Shown here: positions 23,347-34,842 of the stretch, one piece after another | How positions within the stretch are numbered: the first letter of the stretch is position 1 | Layout: each line of letters opens with the position of its first letter | DNA from: Mobula hypostoma | Lineage: Eukaryota | Assembly: GCF_963921235.1 (NCBI RefSeq) | Contig: NC_086106.1 | Coordinates: 20,026,001-20,090,000 of the forward strand | DNA length: 64,000 nt | Direction of reading: 5' to 3' | Position numbers and translations under genes: made by a program | Notes under the pieces: generated by a model | Told to the model about the DNA's origin: nothing | Seen by the model: only the letters and a program-made list of their open reading frames with translations | Database searches by the model: none

Positions 23347-25984
23347 ACTCACTCCCACTTTCACAAAGACGGTAGAGGTAGACAGACTTCAAGTCTTCTC
23401 TGACTACGTGTGTTCCCTGCCTGCTGCTCCTCCCTCCTCACTGTCCCCTCCCTCCGCACTGAGCCTCTCTCCTCACCATCCCTCTCTCCTTGCCGTCTCC
23501 TTCCCCACAGCCCTCCCTCACTACCCCTCTCTCCTTGCCGTCTCCTTCCCCACTATCCCACCCACAGTTCTCCCTCCTCACCGACCCCCTCTGCTACCCA
23601 CCTCCCCCCACACCCTGTCTTGCATCCAGACATGGCTCTCACTGTCAGCTGAAAACACTCAGCTCTGCCAGATTTTATTCTGCTAATAACCCTCCACCTC
23701 AGACTCCGCTCCTTCCCTCTATCCCTCCCCACCAAAGCTCCCCTCTACGTCTCTCCATTCCTCCCCTACCACTTCCCTCTACCCCTCCCTTCCAAGCCCT
23801 CCACCCACCCTCACAATTTACCTCTCCCCCTCCAACCCTACCACCTCAACCCTCTCTCCCTCATCCATAACACCTCCTTTCCACTCCCTTCTCTCCTTCC
23901 CTCCTCTCTCATCTTCCTCCCATCCGACCTTGCTCCCATGCACTCTCCATCTCTGCTTCCCACACTGTTCCTTTCCATCTCCCTAACCCCCAATCATAAC
24001 CCTTACAAATCATCCTCGCTGACAAGGTGGGCTGTTGGATCTTGCTGTGCCCAAACGGCCCAGATGAGGATTGTTAGGATTAATTGGGGGGGGGCAGGGA
24101 GGAGATGGAAAAGGTGGTTGGGAAACAAGATGTCTCACCTCTCTGCCATACTAGCTGTCACCCCTGGGTGAGTCCCTTCCACCAAGATCCTCCCATGCTC
24201 GGTGCTGATTCTGGGAGGGGGGAGGAGTGGGTTCTATCAGACCTATCTGCACCTATGCCAACTCACCATCTCACCAACCTCCCCTGTCAGAGGAGATGTT
24301 GCCCTTTTAAGACCTCCCTGAGGTAGGGCCTACTAATTGCCAAGTAAATTGCCCTAATGGCACTGAGAGGTATTGCCAAGTTTTAATGAGCTGACACGCG
24401 ACTAATCTGCTGAGAAAGGGTTTCCCGCAGGAGCCTCTCCCTGGACCTTGCCCCTAATTACCGCTGATTCCTCCTTTTGTGTGGATCAAGTCCGACTATC
24501 TGCAAAAACTGTGGGAAGTGTGCGGGACGTCCCGGAGAGGACACACTCTCAGAATCTCAGGGGCACCGGGTGAGTGAACGGGACCAGCTCCCACCCACCA
24601 GCCTCACCTCCTGCCCCTTCGGCTCCCCCTAAACCAAGGGCCCTCCCACCCCATTTGGAGAATTGTCCTGACTGCGTGGGTTGCGGGGTGGGGGGCGCTG
24701 AAGGAGGAGCGGCAAGAAGGGAGGCAGCGAGGGTGGAGTGGTGAGGAAGGGGGAACCACGGTGTTGGGGGGGCGGTATGAGGAGGGGCTGCCACAGAAGG
24801 GGCAGTGAGGCACGAGGGAGCACTGAAGGAGCAGCATTATGAAGGAGCGCAGTGGGAGGGGTGGCGAGGACAGACGGATGGGAAGGGGAGAGTGCCGTGG
24901 TATTGGAGGGGCAGTGAGTAGGAAGGGGCAGAGAAGAGCGAGGGAATGGCAGGAGAGGGGCGATGAAGAGGGAAGGAAGGAGAGCCAAGGCAGGGGCAGC
25001 GGGGAAGGAGGGAATAATATTTGGTAGTGATGATGCTCCGAGGGAGAAGAGAGTTCCGAGGTACTGGGGGGGCTGGTCGGGAAGCATGGAGAACCGAGGG
25101 GAGTGTGGCCAGGCGGGAAGGGAGGGAGCACCGTGGGACGGGGTGCTGAGAAGGGAGCGTCGTGACTTTGGAGGGGTGGTGAGGAGGGAGAGCCACAGGA
25201 GGGGCAGGAAGAAAGTCGGGAGTGCTGAAGGATGGATGTTGAGGAGGGAGCACCATAGTGCTGCAGGGGTGGTGAGGGGTGCCGGGAACCCGGCGTGAGA
25301 GAGCGTCAAGGAAGGGGTGGCGAATATGGAGGGAGCTTGGCGGTAGGGATAGCGGGAAGGGAGGGAGTGCTGAGGAAGGGGCAGTGAGCTGGGAGCACTC
25401 TCCTACCTGACCCTCCTTCCCCCTCTCCCTTCCCCTCAGCCAGTGGTGCGTAGGGCACCCCATCCTCAGATTAACTGGGCGGGTGCTGATACTGATCTCA
25501 GGGTAGGACAGAGGAGCGTGGGATGAGTCCCCAACCAGGGAAGCGGAATCAGGGAACCTTCGATGGGACGGTTCGGGAAGCCTCTGGGTGTTTGAAGATT
25601 GTGGGAAAACTGTGTGTGCTGTGCTTCTCTCATCATCGGCCCCTGTCCCCGGCTGGCGGGGGGGGGGGAGTTGGGGAAATGGGGCGGGCTCACGTTTGAT
25701 TTCATCCGGAGTACAATGGTTGGATTGAAGGTGCATCCCTGGAAAGCAGGTGTGATTCTAGCGACTGATCCTCTGGCTGGACTCTGGATCCTGATAAGAA
25801 AGGTGCTGAGTGTCACTTTTGTGCCGTCTTTATCAAAACCTGAGCAAGGAAGGGACATATTTCCTATCGCTGTCGTTCTGGGAATGGCAGGGAGGAAGGG
25901 GGAGCAGTGGAGAGGTGCCCTGTGTCTGTGATAATTGTAAAACTCTGCAAGCAGTCAGTGTGGTGTTGCTGGCGTGTCCGATGT

Positions 25985-27720
25985 ATTGTGAGCAGTTTTA
26001 AGTCACATATCCAGCAAAGGAAGGGCTGGCATTGGAGAGGCTGCACAGGAGGTTTAGAACAACGAGCCTGGGAATGAAGGAGTTAGTATATGAGGAGGGG
26101 GGCTCTAATTGAAACCCACTGTTAGGCCTAGATAGAGTGGATGTTTCCAGTAGTGGGAGCGAGTCTAGGTCCAAAGGGCACAGTCTCAGTATAGAAGGGT
26201 GTCCCATTAGAACAGAGATGAGGAGGAATTTCTTTAGCCAGAGGGTGGTTAATGAGTGGAATTCATTGCCACAGACAGCTGGGGAGGCCAAGTCATTAGG
26301 AGGATGAAGTACTTTCATACTTTATACTTTATTGTCGCCAAACAATTGATACTAGAGAATACAATCATCACAGAGATATTTGATTCTGCTCTTTGTGCTC
26401 CCTGGAGTACAAATCGATAGTAAATATTAAACATTTAAATTATAAATCATAAATAGAAAATAGAAAAGGGAAAGTAAGGTAGTGCAAAAAAACCAAGAGG
26501 CAGGTCCGGATATTTGGAGGGTATGGCCCAGTAAGTATTGGACTGTTGGAAAATGATGCTGGAAGGGTAGTAATGGGGGGCAGGAAAGTTCTGAAGGTAG
26601 GACCTTCACCAGACGGACCACACACCAGGGTTCTGAAAGGGGTAGCTGAAGAGATTGTGGAGGCATTAGTCTTGACATTTCAAGAATCACTAGATTCTGG
26701 AATGGCTCCGGGGGACTGGAAAATTCCAATCTTCAAGAAGGGAGGGAGGGAGAAGAAAAGAAATTATTGGCCAGTTAGTCTGACTTCAGTGGTTGGGAAG
26801 ATGCTGGAGTCGATCATTCAGGATGAGGTGATAAAATAGGCCAAAGTCAAGATGATTTCCTCAAGGGAAAATATTGCCGGACAAATCTGCTGGAATTCTT
26901 TGAGGAAATAACAATCAGGGTAGACAAAGGAGAATCGGTGGATGTTGTGTACTTGAATTTTGAGAAAGCCTTTGACAAGGTGGCACACATGAGGCTGCTT
27001 AACAAGATAAGAGCCTATTGTATTACATAAAAGATACTAGCATGGGTAGAGCATCAGCTGACTGGCAGGAGGCAGAGTGGGAATAACGGGAGCATTTTCT
27101 GATTGGCTGCTGGTGACTAGTGGTATTCTGCAGGGGTGAGAATTGGGACCACTTCTTTTTACCGAGGGGTCACAGTTTGAGGATAGAGGGGAAGCCTTTT
27201 AGGACCGAGATTAGGAAAAACTTCTTCACACAGAGAGTGCTGAATCTGTGGAATTCTCTGCCACAGCAAACTGTTGAGGCCAGTTCATTGGCTATGTTTA
27301 AGAGGGAGTTAGATATGGCCCTTGTGGCTACAGGGGTCAGGGGGTATGGAGGGAAGGCTGGGTTCTGAGTTGGATGATCAGCCATGATCATAATAAATGG
27401 CGGTGCAGGCTCGAAGGGCCGAATGGCCTACTCCTGCACCTATTTTCTATGTTTCTATGAATGAGGTTCAGAGGGATAATAAATCACCCATAATGAAATA
27501 GCAAAGCAGACAAGATGGGCCAAATGGCTTAATTCGGCTTCTCTGTCTCATGATCTTATAGTGTATTTTAAACAGAGGCTCAGGCATTCTTGATTAGTAA
27601 GAGTGTCAAAGGTTTCAGGGAGAAGGCAAGAGAATGCATTTGAAAGGGAAAATAAATCAACCATGATGGAATGGTGGAACAGACTTGATGGGCCAAAATA
27701 ATTCTGCTCCTATCTCTTAC
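25985..27720 (+). mobile_element. Cluster of CR1 fragments with a nested opposite-strand LINE tail (~26315-26530)
   Basis: ORF 26546-26839 (GDWKIPIFKKGGREKKRNYWPVSLTSVVGKMLE), ORF 27120-27368 (RGHSLRIEGKPFRTE), and a tttctatgtttctatg tail at ~27445. Confidence 0.8.
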
Positions 27721-28404
27721 GGGCTGTGACACCGTGAGGTGTGGAGACGTCCAGGAAGGAGGAGGGGGAGGTCGGGGACTGCAGTCGGTGAGTGACTTGG
27801 AGATTGGTGTGGGGGAGGGGGATGAGTATTACTGTGGGTAACCAGAGGAAGAGAGAGGGAGGTGCCCGGGCCGAGAGGATGTGAGTGAGGAAATGAAACA
27901 AGCTGAGAAATGACTGACAGCAAACTCAGAGAATCCAAAACTGTCCCGTGGCCGTGTGACCAGAGCATGAGCTGTTGGGAGGAGGGCAGAACAGTCAGAC
28001 TTCTACATGAAAGTTCCTCAAATGTGCCTGTATCCATCCTCACTCCCCCTCAGCCCTTGGGCTTCCTTCCAAACCCCCCATCCCCTCCCTCACTCTCTTC
28101 CCCTCTCTCTACACCCACACTCTCACCCTCCCCAACACCCATCTCCTGTCACTTCCTCCCCATACACTCTCAGCCCATTCTGTCCCTCAATCTCTATGCC
28201 CTCTCCTCACTCTCTCATCCCTTGCTCTGTCCCCCCCCAAAAAACTCAGCCCCTATGTTCTCTTCCCACACTCTCTCCACCCACACCCTCTCATTCCCTC
28301 CCCCTTCCTCCCAGCACCCCAGTCACACTCTCCACTCTCCCTCCCTCCACTCTTCCCTGCCCCTCCAAATCTCTCCTGCCCCTAACTTCTCCCCTCTCAT
28401 AACA

Positions 28405-28620
28405 ATGTCAGTGGCAGTGAAGTCACAGATTAATGGTGTCAGTGTGCAGTGATGCCACAGGCTAATGACATCAGTGGTCAATGAGGTCTCAGGGTGATGT
28501 GAGTTAGCAGTGATGTCACAGGCTGATGATATGGACAATTACTTCACAGAGTGAGCAGTGATGTCACAGTCTGATAACGTCAGCTGGCAGTGACATCATA
28601 GACTAATCTTGTCAGTAGGC
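28405..28620. repeat. Degenerate ~32-bp tandem repeat (GCAGTGATGTCACAGGCTAATGACATCAGTG-like), about 7 copies
   Basis: Unit starts at 28414, 28446, 28478, 28507, ~28535, 28555 and 28587. Confidence 0.75.
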
Positions 28621-30195
28621 ATTGATGTTGGTTCTGCTACTTTTCACATTACACGTTAATGATCTGGGTGATGGAAGTGATGCATTTGTGTCAATGTTTG
28701 CAGATGATACAAAGACAGGTGGAAAGGTACGTACTGTTGAAGCAGAGAGCCTGCAGAAGGACTTTGACAAATTGGTAGAATGGCAGAAGAATTGGTGGAT
28801 GGAATAGAGTGTAAGGAAGTGTACAGTCATGCTCTTTGCTAGAAGGAAAATTTTCCAAACGGGGAGTGAATATAGAAATCAGATGTTCAAAAGAGACTGG
28901 GATTCCCAAAAGTTTAACTTGCAGCTTGAGTCAGTGGTAATGATGGCAAAAACAATATTACCACTTATTTTCAAAGGACTAGAATATAAAAGTAAGAAGG
29001 TAATGCTGAGGTATTATAAGGCATTGGTCAGACCCCATTTGAAGGATTGTGAGCAGTTTTAGGCCCCGTAGCTAAGAAAGGATGTGCTGCCAGTGGTGGG
29101 GGTCCAGAAGAGGTTCATGAGAATGATTCTGGGAATGAAAGGGTTAATGTATGAGGGGCATTCCATAAGACAAAGGAGCAGAAGCCGGCCATTCGGCCCA
29201 TCGAGTCTGCTCCGCCATTTTATCATGAGCTGATCCATTCTCCCATTTAGTCCCACTCCCCCGCCTTCTCACCATAACCTTTGATGACCTGGCTACTCAG
29301 ATACCTATCAATCTCTGCCTTAAATACACGCAATGACTTGGCCTCCACTGCTGCCCGTGGCAACAAAGTCCATAGATTCACCACCCTCTGACTAAAAAAA
29401 AAAATCGATGGCTCTGGGCCAGTACTCACTGGAGTTTAGAAGAATAAGTTGGGGTGGGGGTATGGCATTGAAACATATTGAATATTGATAGGCCCAGAGA
29501 GAGTGGGCATGTGGAGGGTGTTTCCAATAGTGTGAGAGTCTAGGATCAACAGGCACAGCCTTGGATTAGAAGGATGTCTTATTTCAGTCTGCTCCACCAT
29601 TTGACCACAGATGCTGTTTTTTTTAAACCCCTCTCAACCCCATTCTCCTGCCTTCTTCGCATAATCTTTGATGCCTTTACAAGTTAAAAAACTATCAAAC
29701 TCCTCTTCAAATATACCCAATGACTTGACATCCACAACCACCTGTGGCCATGAATTATGATGAGAATGATCCCAGAAATGAGAGGATTAACACAGCTCAA
29801 GGTCTGTGCTTGCACAAGTTTAGGAGAACATGAAGGCTTGAATATTGGAAGCCTAGATTAAGTGGAAATGCACAGGATGTTTCCAATACTGAGAGAGTCT
29901 AGTAACAGAGAGCACAGCTTCATAACAGAAGGGCATCCATCCAGAACAGAATTTCATTAGCCAGAGGGCGGTGAATCTGTGGAGTTCATTGTTGCAGGCA
30001 CCTGTGGAGGACAAGTCAATGGGTTTAGTTAAAGCAGAGGTTTATATGTTATTGATTCATAAGAGTGTAAAAGGTTACAGGCAGAAGATAGGAGAATGAG
30101 TTTGAGAGGAAAAACAAATTCAGCCATAATGAAATGGTGGAGCAGACTCAATGGGCTGAATGGCCAAATTCTGCTCCTACGTTGTATGGACTTAT
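28620..30195 (+). mobile_element. CR1 fragments with a nested minus-strand CR1 3' end (~29165-29400)
   Basis: MFADDTKTGG (28622-28807), YKALVRPHL (28829-29062) and several CR1 3' UTR pieces. Confidence 0.8.
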
Positions 30196-31543
30196 GATGT
30201 CACTAAGCAATGAGGTCACAGGCTGCTGCTACGGAGATGAGATTCACAGAATGACGACATCTGTGGAACTGAGGTCAAGGACTCCTAACAACTCAGAAAA
30301 GTGTCGGTTTGTCCACAGACCCAGTGGTTCACTTCTTGCAGAGATTCATGGTGGCCCATGTCATCTCCGCCACCTAACCCATGAACTCCCCTGCCGTGAA
30401 CTGTGACCCCAGTCTACCCTCTGCTGACTCATGACCCCGGTATCCTCTCCACGGACCCGTGACCCCAGCCTCCCCTCCCCAGACCTGTGACCTCTGTGCT
30501 CTTGGATGGACACTCCTTGACCCGTTTTATGCCTTCTCCTCTGCTACAGAACCCGTGAGGACATCAGGAGCACATGTTGGGAGTATTAGGAGGTTGGATG
30601 TAGCTGAGAGTGGGTCATTGAGGAGTGGGAGAGGGTTGGTGAGGGTGGTAGTTTTGGATTGGAGGGTAGAGAGTTGGGCATGATGGGGTCCCTGAACTGG
30701 GAATGATACTCACACCCTCAAAGTGTCTCTGCATGGAGAGCAAGGCTTCTGAAAGAAGCCCAGACCATGGTAGACAGCACAGCAAGATCCAGTGCATTGT
30801 ATCTTCTACTCCCTCCCATTCTCTGAACCCTTCCCACCCCTCCCTCCCCTCTCACCACCACGTGAAGAGGATGATTCTGGCATATGGTGAGGCCATTGGA
30901 GATGGGCTAGAGAGTGGGGATTTCACTGATTCTGCAGTGGGAGGTGTCCAGGCCTCAGGAACAGGGGGAGTCTGGACAGGAGTGAATCCTGACCAAGGCC
31001 TTGCTACTGACCGGAGGAACTCAGCTGTGAGGCTGGTGGGACTGTGAGAACGACCTGGGCAGGAATCAGGAAAATGAATGTGGAATTGGGAATCTGATTG
31101 GCAAGTGGCTAATTCTCTCACTCTCTCTCCCACTCCTTTCATGCCATTCTTTCCCTCTCTCCACTGTTGCCACCTCCCTTTCCCTTGCCTGCCTCCACCC
31201 CTATCACTACCTCCTTCCCTCCTCCCCCTCCACCATCCCCTGCCTCTCCCTTTCATCTCTCGCTCATCTACATCCCCTTCACCTTCCCAATCCCTAATCC
31301 CTCTCCCCCTCCTCCCCACTCCGAACCTTCCCCCACTCCTTTGTTACTTGTCCATTTGCCCTCCTTCCCTCTCGCATCCTCCCAATTGCCCCTTCTCTCC
31401 CCTTTTCTTCACCCTACCCCATCTTCCCCTCCCTCCCTCCCTTCCTAACACTAGCCTCACCCTCCTTTCCACCTCCACCCAGCTTCAGAGCGGATTCCCT
31501 GGCCGTCCTGCCCTCGGGCTATGAGAAGAGCGAACGGGCCCCC

Positions 31544-32069
31544 ATGTCTGATCCGGTTCGATACTCCAACGTGTCCTCGGGGAAGGGCTCCCAGGACCCC
31601 GCCCTTGACTGCCAGTCCTCTCCCTCTGCCCCTCCCCTTCCCTCTACCTCCGGCGAGGCCATCCAGCTTCGGAAAGAGATCTCCCTTCTGAATGGCGTGT
31701 GCTTGATTGTGGGGAACATGATCGGCTCTGGCATCTTCGTCTCGCCCAAGGGGGTTCTGATGTACAGTGCCTCCTACGGCCTCTCGCTGGTCGTCTGGGC
31801 GCTGGGGGGCATCTTCTCCATCTTCGGGGCACTTTGCTACGCCGAGCTGGGCACCACCATCACCAAATCGGGCGCCAGCTACGCTTACATCCTGGAGGCT
31901 TTCGGCAGCTTCCCCGCCTTCATCCGCCTCTGGACCTCGCTGCTGATCATCGAGCCCACCAGCCAGGCCATCATCGCCATCACCTTTGCCAACTACATGG
32001 TGCAGCCTGTCTTCCCCACCTGCATGCAGCCCTACCTGGCCGCCAGACTGCTGGCGGCTGCCTGCATCT
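31544..32069 (+). CDS. SLC7A7: y+L amino acid transporter 1 (y+LAT1), coding exon 1 of 9; joined CDS 1560 nt, 519 aa
   Basis: Encodes [31 protein letters not shown]...[10 protein letters not shown]...[26 protein letters not shown] and ends at t|gtgagt. The Cys expected to bond with 4F2hc is present in FPTC (32021-32023). All nine exons join in frame. Residues and the MRPL52/OXA1L neighbours favour SLC7A7 over SLC7A6. Confidence 0.95.
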
Positions 32070-32513
32070 GTGAGTGGTCGTCCTGGGGTGGGACTGGTGG
32101 TTGTTGGTTGGGAGGAGGGCGTCAGGACTTGGGGAAGCACCCGCGACGGTCGGCTCGGCCATAATAGCCAGCCTCGGGAAAATTCATCCACCCCACTCGG
32201 ACGCCCCTCTGGTTGTCTGGGACGCGAGACTCCCGAGGGGGGACGGATACCGACTTGGGAGGAGGGGTTGGGAAGAAAGGGGCGGATCTAAAGAGGAGAT
32301 AGAGAGGAGAGGGATTATGGGTCGGACACAGGGGTCATAGAGATGGTGACGGTTGTGGAGGAGGGAAGGGAGGGTTATGGAAGCCGGATGAGGTACTTGA
32401 GCGGACATGAAACAGACGGCTATGCAGGCCGGCGGGCTCGTTTGGGTGTGGGATGAGGAAGAATGGTCCCTGAAGTTACGGCTAACCCCGCCCTTCCCTC
32501 ACCTCCCCCTCAG

Positions 32514-32639
32514 GTATCCTCACCTTCACCAACTGCGCCTATGTGAAATGGGGGACGCGTGTGCAGGACATCTTCACCTACGCCAAGGTGCTGGCACTGA
32601 TCGTGGTCATTCTAGCCGGTTTGGTCAAGCTGGGCATGG
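32514..32639 (+). CDS. SLC7A7: SLC7A7 coding exon 2
   Basis: cag|gt...g|gtgagt, 126 nt; [41 protein letters not shown]. Confidence 0.95.
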
Positions 32640-33245
32640 GTGAGTCATTCCGTGACCCCTCCGGACTCCGACCACTGTATCCCCTCTCCCCCACCCCCCG
32701 CGACCCCTGTAAATCATCCCGCTCCAATCCCGATCTCAACCCCAACTATCCCTCCTCTTAGGATACCAACCCTAGCAACCCTATCGCACTGTCCGGACTC
32801 AACTCCATTACCTGAGAGCAGACACGAACGCTGAAACTGTTCGTCGCTGCCCCTCCCTCTAGATGGTCACTTTCAGTGTTTCTCACATACACCCCCCCAA
32901 CTCCGCTCCCACATGTCGTCCTTCACACTCCAATGTTACTCATAGCTGCTACCAATCCTTCCCGAGCTCACAGTACGCCGTCCCTCGCCATCCTCTCATC
33001 CCCACAGCAATCGTCACCTACTCTTAACGTCCCCCACTTCCTCCTCAGTTCCAACATCCATCGCTCTCCCCTGGTCTCGCACACCACATCTATATTTTCC
33101 CCCTACTCTCGTCGCCCTTCATTCCCAGACGTCCCTCAGTCCTAACGTCCTGTTGTCCTTCACGCAGTGTCGTCCCCCATGCCCCACCTCAGTCACGCGC
33201 CTCTCACTCCTGACCTCCATCACTTCCTCCCATTCCTTACTCCAG

Positions 33246-33390
33246 GCGAGACGCAGAACTTTGAGAATTCCTTCCGAGGCTCCTCCTGGCATCCAGGCGA
33301 CGTGGCCCTGGCTCTCTACTCAGCCCTCTTCTCATACTCCGGCTGGGACACACTCAACTTCGTTACCGAGGAAATCAAGAATCCCACGAG
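33246..33390 (+). CDS. SLC7A7: SLC7A7 coding exon 3
   Basis: 145 nt; ETQNFENSF...[27 protein letters not shown]; ag|gtaggg. Confidence 0.95.
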
Positions 33391-33489
33391 GTAGGGGGCT
33401 CGGGGTCAGGGGTCGATTGGAGACCCCCTGTACACTCTGTGGATAATATTCGTACCCTCACCCAGACCAGCGTCACCGTCCCTTTGTGG

Positions 33490-33620
33490 AATGGTGTGGA
33501 GGGAGCTTTACCCTGTAACCGACCCTGGAGTGTGTGACGGGGCGGCGTGGGGGAAGCCTCGCTCCGTGTCTAACCGCGGGAGTGTGTGGGATGACGTGGG
33601 GAAGCCTTCCTTGTGTCTGA
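33490..33620 (+). repeat. ~50-bp dispersed minisatellite family (CTGTGTCTGACCCCGGGAGTGTGTGACGGGAC...GGAGGGAG), 2-3 degenerate units
   Basis: The same motif recurs at 45100-45235. Confidence 0.6.
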
Positions 33621-33642
33621 ACTCTTACTTCCTCGACCACAG

Positions 33643-33766
33643 GAACCTGCCGCTCTCCATTGCCATCTCCATGCCGATTGTGACGGTGATCTACATTCTG
33701 ACGAACGTGGCCTATTACACCGTGCTGGACTTCCACGAGATCCTAGCGAGCGAGGCTGTGGCCGTG
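33643..33766 (+). CDS. SLC7A7: SLC7A7 coding exon 4
   Basis: 124 nt; [41 protein letters not shown]; gtgagt donor. Confidence 0.95.
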
Positions 33767-34094
33767 GTGAGTCCCACCTGTGGCAGTCGGTTCCTTTCCA
33801 TCCCACCCCCTTCTCTGAGCTCTGTTGGCTCCGGCTGTGTCGAGGGATCCTCATATCCACGCGGACGTCCGAGAAGCGAGGATCACCCATCCAATGGCTC
33901 GGGAGAGGGAGGACGCTCAGACCGGATGTTCAACGCCGGTGGTGGGCCTGGAGAAACTGATCTACCAGGGCAAATTAGTAGAGCTGCTGTCTCACGACGC
34001 CAGAGATCCGGGTTTGATCCTGATCGCGCCCCTGAACGGTTGTGTGGAGTTTTCAAGTTCTCTATGTGACCGCGCGGGTTTCTTGCGAATGTTC

Positions 34095-34510
34095 CTGGTC
34101 CCTCTCAGCATTGTTGCTTTTAAACCGCCCTTAATGAGAGCGGCGCGGTGGAGATACGTCTCCACTAAAGGAGGCGTAAGGCGCTCGCCTGCAGGTCACC
34201 CTTGAACAAAGATCTAGCACCCGCTTTGTACCCCACCCACCCCGATCAGGGTCACGTGAAACAATGGGAGAAGGTGTGGTCTCATGTGCAGCTGGTGTTT
34301 ATCACGTCATGGTTATGGGACCACTGACGCCGGGCAGTCAATCTCTGAAGAGTATTGATAATGGCTGGGGTCTTCCGTTTTGTAAAGACGCTGTCCAGAA
34401 GAAGGCAATAGCAAATCACTTTTGTAGGGAAAAAAAAATGCCAAGAAGAATCATGGCCATAGGTCATGATCGCCGACGTCATACGACACGGCACATAATG
34501 ATGATGACAA
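34095..34510 (+). mobile_element. Probable RTE-related non-autonomous retroelement (SINE-like)
   Basis: The 3' part agaagaaggcaatagcaaatcact...gccaagaagaatcatgg...gtcatacgacacggcaca resembles the Bov-A/RTE-derived block, and the element ends in a (TGA)n tail. Confidence 0.45.
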
Positions 34511-34842
34511 GGGGGTAGAATTTGTTGCGATGGGTGGGGATTTGTAGACGGAGACTGCAGAGATCTAGTCAGAGGAACCAGCACTCAAGGCGCTGGGACA
34601 GGTGGTCCCTGTAGAGGGGGGAATGGAGAATTATCATTGTCCGATAAAAGGAATGAATGGAAGTGCCTATTACCCAAACGCCACAGCACTGAGAATATGC
34701 TCTATCTCGAGGGGCTATTGGGCGTGGATATTTCGGGTCGAGACCTATTCGGGGCTGGCTGGTACAGAGAGGTGAGCGAAAGGGGAGCAGCAAGAGCCGA
34801 TATGTGTGAGTGGGAACGGCGGCAGAAACTAGGAGGTGATGG

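Noticed and set aside
28405-28620. CRISPR-like reading of this and the other short periodic arrays
   Set aside because: Vertebrate context, degenerate tandem units without unique spacers, and no cas genes.
31457-32191. 244-aa antisense ORF over SLC7A7 exon 1
   Set aside because: Expected shadow of a GC3-rich coding exon, with no independent support.
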